Source: an uncultured Gammaproteobacteria bacterium (lineage in GTDB: Bacteria > Patescibacteriota > Patescibacteriia > Veblenbacterales > UBA10138). From it: a DNA stretch of 64,000 nucleotides. The notes beneath the pieces were generated by a model. The model saw only the letters and a list, made by a program, of their open reading frames with translations. It had not been told where the DNA came from and did no database searches. Made by a program: the position numbers and the translations under genes. The stretch is from assembly GCA_964453605.1 (NCBI GenBank), contig CAYVOI010000001.1, positions 740,095 through 804,094 on the forward strand, in the 5' to 3' direction. Below are positions 59,001-64,000 of this stretch, piece after piece; position 1 is the stretch's first letter, and each line of letters starts with the position of its first letter.

Positions 59001-59942
59001 GGTATTAGATTAGACGATAAAGCTACTAGCTACACTGAACAACGCAAATACATTGGGCAAGAGTATGACGCTGACACAGGCCTCAACTACCTCAATGCGA
59101 GGTACTACAACGGAACGACGGGCAGATTCCTAAGTGAGGACCCGATGTTTTGGGATAACAAGCAGGATGTTTCTAATCCTCAGGGCCTGAATTCATATTC
59201 GTATTCCAATGACAATCCAATAATCTATAATGATCCCACTGGCAATAGAGCTGAAATTGTTATTAAAAATCTATATCCTATCTTAGGAGCCCATGGTTTT
59301 GTTAATATAATTCCAGATAAAGGAGAGGACTTAAGTCAATACGGTAGCACGGATCACTTTACTATAGGGGGCTATTCTAATGGAAAGCCAACTGGTGCAC
59401 CACTTACCGCACAGATTAATAATCCTGGTGACCTGAATGTTTCCCCATCTCGTATCTTAGCAACATATCCACTTACTGTTCCTGAAGGAATGACGTCAAC
59501 TCAATATGACCAAGCCTTACTTAACGCTGGAACCGCTTTGACAAAACAAAACTTGGGAACTTATACATTTACTGGACGACCAATTAGTAGTAATGCAAAT
59601 TCTGGTAACACCTGGACTCAGGTTGTCTTAGATGCAGGGGGAGCCGTGCCAAATATTCCAAACGTCTACTATGGAGCCGGAATTTTAGGACCCAAAACTC
59701 CTTATTTCCCGTTGGGTTCGGGGCATTCTCTCAACACCTTATCCTACAGTCAGCGAACAGGCCAAAGCACAAGGTATGCTGCTAATCAGATTGTAAATAA
59801 CGCAATCTCTGCAGCTCAAGCCACGAGCACTACTGCTCAATATGTTGGCAATGCTATTGGCCATGCTGTAAACACAGTTTCATCGTCAGTATTGAATCTC
59901 AATTCTTTACTATTACACTCTTTAATAGAGTATGGGCACTAA
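53001..59942 (+). CDS. SpvB/TcdB-like, FG-GAP and YD-repeat RHS protein with a variable C-terminal (toxin) domain
   Basis: Signal peptide; TGALVYSYPFTLPPGRSGLQPDL...GYGWSL; DxNGDGxxD repeats; RKFAGFAKV; YD repeats; RHS core TGLNYLNARYY...GRFLSEDP...NPIIYNDPTG; promoter TTGACA(52913)-17-TAAGGT. Confidence 0.93.
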   Translation: MQHSPFTPTQLVFSRKLTALLLAFLFLLPPLAPVLAASADQVAGDSSSSTTKVVPLAAPSDATPTATTTPSTTTDSGTSAAAVTPPASPTDTASASPTDQTSTKSPTTNSTTAPATSSTSTSDSTSTPQSAAPIAKATLPQADPATGALVYSYPFTLPPGRSGLQPDLKLQYNSQQLDDQNVVGYGWSLSVPYIERLNKHGSDKIYTSTDFSSSLSGELVNVSGNQYAAKVESGDFLSYTYDGASWQVKDKRGTLYLFGQSTLSRQNDTTGTQTYRWLLSQVVDTNNNSVTYEYLKDSGQMYPSKVSYTGQGADLGIFSVNLTYETRPDAATSYRSGFQVITAKRLSLVEAKVSGTLVHRWSLNYTSGANGQRSLLNSITETGFDSTGVATSLPPMQFTYSTASTTNPIWQADPSWQVPTDVNFSRYGSQNNWRRVDINGDGLTDFVQAQGITNYNTGVTTYVQKTYLNTGTGWVTSNAWQLPLAAMQAWGRTYLIDLNGDSKLDLFIGRQPPIVDAQSQNQIFMNTGSGWQPSSWVVSSDPILPGIGDTSGDENRNSYGWVLLDVNGDSLPDLIEALRASDGTSTITRRALINTGNGWVEDATNFQTPPDIDLGIYNPSAGGSQVVTIDLNNDGLVDLFDFDKRVAFINTGKGWQQTTAFAIPVDPGLLAYYKACNPQATSTGTQGLRLIDVNNDGIADLERSGQYEITNCPSPTYQSLYRGSATDWLGPPGNAQLPADVLFYANEQQPEQKVFAFKFVDIDGDGSVDILTALTKPLTSETLREVRRYQGAKPDVLSRITYPTGGSTSVTYKASDQYKDQNGNLLNPNLPQNLQTVASLATSDGAGLTQNVSYTYAGGLYAYQSATDRKFAGFAKVTSTDSAGTTTTTFYHQGNSTNSAQGEYNDTFAKIGHSYRTEVGDSAGNLVNASITKWDSVDLGQGRSFVKPTQTLNFTYDGNTTHRDTAVTTTYDDTNGNVTQVTQWGEVQATDSGTFTDVGNDKLVTTTTYATGSGYGVTGLPASQVTNDQASTKVKEARLYYDTLALGSVGKGNITKQEQWVAGTTYVNTQKTYNPYGLVTQELDPRGKASTYVYDSYNLYPSTVTNALNQTTQYQYDYSAGKPTQVTDANGYVYQTVYDGLDRVVGEKQPDLTTPATLVSKTAYVYTDTPGSVSVKKTSYLDSATGVDAYTYFDGLGRPVQTRTEAETAGQFNAADTVYDARGLTQKQSLPYASSGSAKTAPTGASELYTTFTYDATGRPLTAVNSIGTTTSAYDDWKTTVTDARGNTTSRTQDAYGNLSYVTEPGGGTTTYTYNDAGNLTGMADAAGNVRSFTYDGLGQRLTAQDLHAPADTTFGAWAYTYDAAGNLTQKLDPKGQTINYTYDDLNRPLTEDYTGAPGTEVAYTYDACQNGKGRLCSVASAALTTTEQYDALRNTAREIKTINSSAYQTDYTYDRAGNMLTITNPDSSKVQYTYNTSGQLESVSRKEAADAGFASVVTNFDYGPTGSIVTQANANGTTTTNTYDAAKLYRLARKLTVNSGGTKLQDINYTYDAVGNITQTVNASQTNAAKTTVYTYDALNRLLTTTATGAANGQNYSQNFTYDAIGNMLTGPAGTYTYAGTGYANPHAVTSLGSATYSYDQNGNLVSDGVKTYTWDYANRLVRVDRPGPTPAPVTTTFYPAAGDGSASYQGASSWATTHDAATGTAATPTATTTNVSSGRGSGGKYQIERSFLPFDTSALPDNATITGARLKVFVASKLNDDNDNYDFVTVVQGLEPSTLSLTTADYSLAGTINTPAESVDAAERKDITSVATGAYLTFNVNNTGLGLVSKTGPTKLALREGHDVLNIPFAPSVATQTQAASSIKLAAVTGGGGSTSGYNQLQIRTSEYTGTTTDPILEVTYQLPAPIVSSTYAYDASGQRVTVTSGGVTTVYPSKTYNTDGTKKTKHIFAGDTMAATIETTGTTTTPHFIATDNLSGSNVVTSSTGTQEELTDYYPFGGIRLDDKATSYTEQRKYIGQEYDADTGLNYLNARYYNGTTGRFLSEDPMFWDNKQDVSNPQGLNSYSYSNDNPIIYNDPTGNRAEIVIKNLYPILGAHGFVNIIPDKGEDLSQYGSTDHFTIGGYSNGKPTGAPLTAQINNPGDLNVSPSRILATYPLTVPEGMTSTQYDQALLNAGTALTKQNLGTYTFTGRPISSNANSGNTWTQVVLDAGGAVPNIPNVYYGAGILGPKTPYFPLGSGHSLNTLSYSQRTGQSTRYAANQIVNNAISAAQATSTTAQYVGNAIGHAVNTVSSSVLNLNSLLLHSLIEYGH

Positions 59943-60288
59943 AAATACATCGATTTTTTTAATTCGTTCATCAAATAATGTTTTTCTAGGGGCCCTGATT
60001 CTAGTACTAACAATTATTGCTAGTTCAATAGTTTTTAATTCTATTCTTGAATTAGTGGGATCTCTGGTCAATAAAAATGGGTATGTGTACGAAACATTCT
60101 ATTACTTTAGTCCCATAATATTACCTACTATTATTTCAAGCTACTTATTTAAAGAAAATAAAAAAAGTTTAGCGTTTATAGCTATCGTTGGCGGTGTGTT
60201 GTATTACCTATGGTTATGGTTTGGTTTACTTTGGATGTCAGCCGAGGCCCAATCCCCAATTTTCTATGGCCTAATTCGGCCATATTAA
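59932..60288 (+). CDS. Putative immunity protein (small, multi-TM)
   Basis: Overlaps the RHS stop, very AT-rich, about three hydrophobic helices. Confidence 0.6.
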   Translation: MGTKNTSIFLIRSSNNVFLGALILVLTIIASSIVFNSILELVGSLVNKNGYVYETFYYFSPIILPTIISSYLFKENKKSLAFIAIVGGVLYYLWLWFGLLWMSAEAQSPIFYGLIRPY

Positions 60289-60372
60289 AATAGACTCCCA
60301 AGAGGTAGTATTCTCTAATTCGCGCGAATAGGCGAATAGTACAACAAGCTAGAACAAGCAGAACGCAAAGCA

Positions 60373-60894
60373 ATGTCGCTGGATTTTTTTGAAGAGTTCA
60401 TAACCTACCTCAAACCTGAGCAGCGGGTGCTGGATTTGGGCGCGGGGAAGGGCGAGCAAGCACTGCGTATGGCAGAACTCGGCTGCCAGGTTGTAGCGGT
60501 TGATAGAAACCCCGGTACACTCACCCACCCCAACATAACCTGGCGCATACAGACGATTGGGGACTGGGTGCAAAACTCTGGCGACGCAAAATTTGACGCG
60601 GTGCTAATGAAAAACGTACTGCAGTTCATAACTCGAGACTGGGTCACCACGACTCTGTTCCCCACGCTCATGCCACTACTCAACCCTGGTGCGGTAATCG
60701 GTATAGAAACGTTTTACCAACCACCCGAGCCGCCATTCGCGATTTCCTCCTGTTGGACAGCTGACGAGCTAGTAACACTCCTAAATAATTTCTGTGCTAT
60801 CCTGCAAAAACAACAAACGGAAAAAATTGGACCAGACTTAAGAGGTACGACGCGCCATTTTTACCTCACCCAAATTCTGGCGCAGAAGTCCTAG
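60373..60894 (+). CDS. Class I SAM-dependent methyltransferase
   Basis: RVLDLGAGKG, VVAVD, KFDAVL, LNPGA. Confidence 0.9.
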   Translation: MSLDFFEEFITYLKPEQRVLDLGAGKGEQALRMAELGCQVVAVDRNPGTLTHPNITWRIQTIGDWVQNSGDAKFDAVLMKNVLQFITRDWVTTTLFPTLMPLLNPGAVIGIETFYQPPEPPFAISSCWTADELVTLLNNFCAILQKQQTEKIGPDLRGTTRHFYLTQILAQKS

Positions 60895-61361
60895 GCTAAG
60901 GTAGTTGGCGCCATAAAAACCTCATATTTTGACTTTAAATTAAAGCTATCCACAGGCTACTGGGAATTTTATTCCGCTGGGTTAAGGCCTAGGTTAGCCC
61001 TGTTTGCTAGAGATATGCACAAAAGGGCTTGACAAAATGAATTTTTCGGCCTATACTACATTGTTAAAAACAAAAAAGCCGGAGTATACTTACCTTGTCA
61101 AAAACATAAAACTTGAGGGCACTCAAGCCTTGGAGAAACAGACAGTCAGAAGCACGGCGGCTTGGGGAACCTATTAGCCACAGTGTGCGAGTTTGTATTC
61201 CAAAAACGTACCTAAAGTTTAGGCTAGAGGGTATTAAAAATGAGCATGAGGCTTGGCCTCGTGGTTTTACCCGGTAAAGGTAATGGCTACCCCATTGCCT
61301 GACAGGGTAAAAAAAGAAAAAATCACACATTCTCTCCCTCAAGGGAGAAAGGAGTTCAAAA

Positions 61362-63089
61362 ATGAAAAGCTTAACAATTACACATATCGCGATTGCGGCA
61401 GTGGCTGCAATCTTCTTCACCGCTGTGCCGACCCAGGCGCAGTTTTCCACCGACACCCTGAATGGATGGTACTCCCGCGGCTCCGTAGGCCCGGCTGTTA
61501 TTGATACCACCTGGACTAGGCTCAGCAGCAACCGGGTGCAGGGCCGGTCTTCTCAGGAGTTCTACTTCAGCTTCAAATCGATGCCAGCCTTCACTTCCAA
61601 TTACATCATCTGGGAAAAAGATTTCGGGCAGTCCCTTACCAGGCCTGATACCATCAGGTACTGGTATTCCCACGAATCAGGGGGGGGTGGACTTGAATTT
61701 TGGCTGGTTGATGAAGCCAGTGGTGAAGCCCAACCTTATGGCAATGATAATCACTTGAACACACCACCTGCAGGTGAGAACGGCTGGTTCGACGTGTCGC
61801 TCCATGGCAACGGGCCCAACTTACCGGCAACGTTCCGAAGGCTGCAGGTGCGTGGGTTCGGGCTTAGCTTCAATGGCCAAGGGTACGCCTTCGGCATTCT
61901 GCTCGACAGCATGCAGCTGGTATACCAAAATGGTCCGGTGTACCAATCGCTTGATATGTTCGAGGTGCCGCCGCGCCTTACGCTCAGTACCAGTAGCCTT
62001 AACTTTGGCCACGCCGTACTGGGCTGCTCCCCAAGCCTTAGCTTGGTGGCTAAGCGGGACGACGCTAGCCCCCTCACGCTTAGTGCCACAGTAACGTCCA
62101 CCAACCCCGCCTTTGTGGTGGCGCCTACTGAGTTCACGCTGCCAACCAGCAACGACAGCGTGAGCCTGAGTGTAACCTTTGTGACACCTGACACCGGCAG
62201 CTTTAGCGGCAGCTTGATTTTTACCCACGACGGGTCCAATTCACCGGACACGGTCGCGGTTGCCAGCTACGGCGACAGCTTGCCCGCCGGCACGGTGCTG
62301 GTGGACCCGCACTTTAGTGCGGGGTGGCAAATGGTGTCAGAACCGGGCAAAGCTTCCGAGGCGGCTTGCCCACCGAACTTGTACCCCCTGTTTACGTTCC
62401 AGGGCCAGTACAAGCTCACCAACCAGATGGTGCCTGGCATGGGCTACTGGCACAAGGTAAGCCAGCCCGCGCCACGGTTTGTGGTGGAGCCGGCCTACGT
62501 GGAAACCGTGCAAGTTTCCATGCGTTGGAACATTGTGGGGAGTGTGTCAGTGCCCATTGCGGTAACTGACATTGTCACTGAACCCCCGGGCCTCAAGAGC
62601 TCGGTGTTCTACGGCTACAGCGGCGGTGCCTACATAATTGTGGACACGCTGCAGCCTGGGCACGCCTACTGGCTCAAGGTTAAGGGAGCGGGGCAGCTTA
62701 TCTACACCCACGGAGCTGCCAATGCCCTAGCCACCGCCCGTTTGCAGGTGGAGTACAGCGACGGCGAACCGCCGCCCCCACCCCCAGGTGGGTACAGTGC
62801 TCCGACACCACGTCCTGTGGTGCCCACGGAGTTTACCCTTGAGCAGAACTACCCCAACCCGTTTAACCCTACGACCACAATTGAGTATGCATTAGTGGAG
62901 GCAGGCTACGTACACCTCGCGGTGTACAACGTGCTGGGGCAGGAAGTGGCCACGCTGGTAAAGGAGGTGCAGAACGCTGGTACGTACACCGTACCGTTTG
63001 ATGGTAGTAATCTACCGAGCGGCATGTACTTCTACAGGCTCCAGGCCGGAGCCTATCGTAACACAAAAACTATGTTGCTCCTTAAATAA
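61362..63089 (+). CDS. Secreted protein with an ASH/choice-of-anchor-D-like Ig domain and a T9SS type A-like C-terminal domain
   Basis: Signal ending AQA; LSTSSLNFG...SVTF...GSLIF; [20 protein letters not shown]...[13 protein letters not shown]...[10 protein letters not shown]...KTMLLLK; promoter TTGACA(61029)-17-TATACT. Confidence 0.9.
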   Translation: MKSLTITHIAIAAVAAIFFTAVPTQAQFSTDTLNGWYSRGSVGPAVIDTTWTRLSSNRVQGRSSQEFYFSFKSMPAFTSNYIIWEKDFGQSLTRPDTIRYWYSHESGGGGLEFWLVDEASGEAQPYGNDNHLNTPPAGENGWFDVSLHGNGPNLPATFRRLQVRGFGLSFNGQGYAFGILLDSMQLVYQNGPVYQSLDMFEVPPRLTLSTSSLNFGHAVLGCSPSLSLVAKRDDASPLTLSATVTSTNPAFVVAPTEFTLPTSNDSVSLSVTFVTPDTGSFSGSLIFTHDGSNSPDTVAVASYGDSLPAGTVLVDPHFSAGWQMVSEPGKASEAACPPNLYPLFTFQGQYKLTNQMVPGMGYWHKVSQPAPRFVVEPAYVETVQVSMRWNIVGSVSVPIAVTDIVTEPPGLKSSVFYGYSGGAYIIVDTLQPGHAYWLKVKGAGQLIYTHGAANALATARLQVEYSDGEPPPPPPGGYSAPTPRPVVPTEFTLEQNYPNPFNPTTTIEYALVEAGYVHLAVYNVLGQEVATLVKEVQNAGTYTVPFDGSNLPSGMYFYRLQAGAYRNTKTMLLLK

Positions 63090-63110
63090 GGGCATCGTTC
63101 CACGAACCAA

Positions 63111-63147
63111 ACCGGCATGAGTTTCAACCCTCATGCCGGCTTTTTTA
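63111..63147 (+). terminator. Intrinsic terminator
   Basis: CCGGCATGAG-loop-CTCATGCCGG-CTTTTTT. Confidence 0.88.
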
Positions 63148-63158
63148 TCCGCCTTTGC

Positions 63159-63232
63159 ATAAGACCGTGGGCGGCCTACTCCGCCGAAGTGGCTTCGGCT
63201 ACGAAGGCTGGATAAGCCCGTGGAGGCTTCAT
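63159..63232. repeat. Composite REP-like element
   Basis: ATAAGACCGTGG and ATAAGCCCGTGG direct repeats around the hairpin GCCGAAG-TGG-CTTCGGC. Confidence 0.55.
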
Positions 63233-63275
63233 TCCCTGGTTTAGGCTGGCAGCTTACCTAGACTGCGCTGTACGT

Positions 63276-64000
63276 TTACAACTGAGCACATTGAACTGCC
63301 CCACCATACACTGCAACCACATAATACCCACTAGGGCACTTACCGCCTGCACCAGAAGTGGGGCACGGAACGACAGGATTACCGTTAGGATCATAACACG
63401 TTGATTCGCCATTAGTGCCCCATTTATTACCAGTCGCTATAATTTCACCGCCGACCTTGAGGGTGCCGGCTGGGGTAGGTGGGCCGCTGCGGTAGATGTT
63501 ATCGTAGGACTGCCCGGCAAAGTACTGCGCCGACGAGCCCGACACGTACCCAGCCACGGCGTAGGCAAAGCTGTTGGTACCGGGTGCATAGCGGTTCCAG
63601 ACCCAGGCCTGGCCCTGAGCAGTGCGCTCGCCAATCAAAATAAACTTACCGGTGCTATCAGCACCGCTCAAGAGCGCGTGGGTGGCGCCCCCACCTAGCC
63701 AGCCGTCGGTAAACACCACACCCGGGGTTGCATTAATATTGTTGTAATCTTTATTGGCATCGTTCGCGACTAATATTTGGTTAGCGGTCATGGTATAAGC
63801 ACTGCCATCAAATTTTACAAAATAAACCCGCTTAGTAGTGCCCGTGTTAATGTCGTCGTGACCCCAAACCATGATGCAGGCATCGCAGGTCGTGGTAAAA
63901 CTGCTATCAATCGCTACCCCCGTGGGGGTAATGCTGGCACCAGAGGGCCACAGAGCAAAGCCATTCCAAGTCGTGGCTGTTGGGGTGTCCAGCTCGGTCA
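63276..64000 (-). CDS. C-terminal part of a larger surface protein; 5' end outside the window
   Basis: The frame stays open from 63872 to the window end; C-terminal CPSGYYVVAV...C motif. Confidence 0.75.
   Translation of the reverse strand, partial: TELDTPTATTWNGFALWPSGASITPTGVAIDSSFTTTCDACIMVWGHDDINTGTTKRVYFVKFDGSAYTMTANQILVANDANKDYNNINATPGVVFTDGWLGGGATHALLSGADSTGKFILIGERTAQGQAWVWNRYAPGTNSFAYAVAGYVSGSSAQYFAGQSYDNIYRSGPPTPAGTLKVGGEIIATGNKWGTNGESTCYDPNGNPVVPCPTSGAGGKCPSGYYVVAVYGGAVQCAQL

Overview
This is a 64-kb chromosomal window with the hallmarks of a Patescibacteria (CPR, Parcubacteria-like) genome; the lineage call is inferred from gene content and protein style. A minus-strand core carries partial alpha2-type glyS, an ECF sigma/anti-sigma pair, a membrane-anchored Clp ATPase, recO, ileS (type 2), argS, rplT-rpmI-infC, tmRNA-smpB, lgt, three DsbA-family genes with a thioredoxin reductase, gatA/gatC, ligA and a large monoderm-type type IV pilus locus (pilMNO, pilB, a degenerate pilT, pilC, two identical major pilins, pilD, minor pilins; no pilQ in this window). 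Plus-strand cargo genes with their own TTGACA promoters and terminators are slotted between core genes: a CDP-alcohol phosphatidyltransferase, a lytic transglycosylase, an SPFH protein, a TcB/TcC-like RHS toxin with a putative immunity gene, a methyltransferase and a T9SS-tail protein. The best candidate for a new system is two GT-C glycosyltransferases (one DUF2723/TMEM260-like) placed between the Ser/Thr-rich duplicated pilins and pilD, suggesting pilin O-glycosylation. Other highlights are a 27-codon ileS-N/argS-C chimeric scar, a displaced ligA 3' end, CCCCG...CGGGG mini-hairpins in split tRNA-Asp copies and a prepilin leader, an internally deleted four-helix-bundle gene flanked by octamer repeats, and a long RNA stem covering a pil-operon start codon. 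All calls come from reading motifs by eye; no database search was run.
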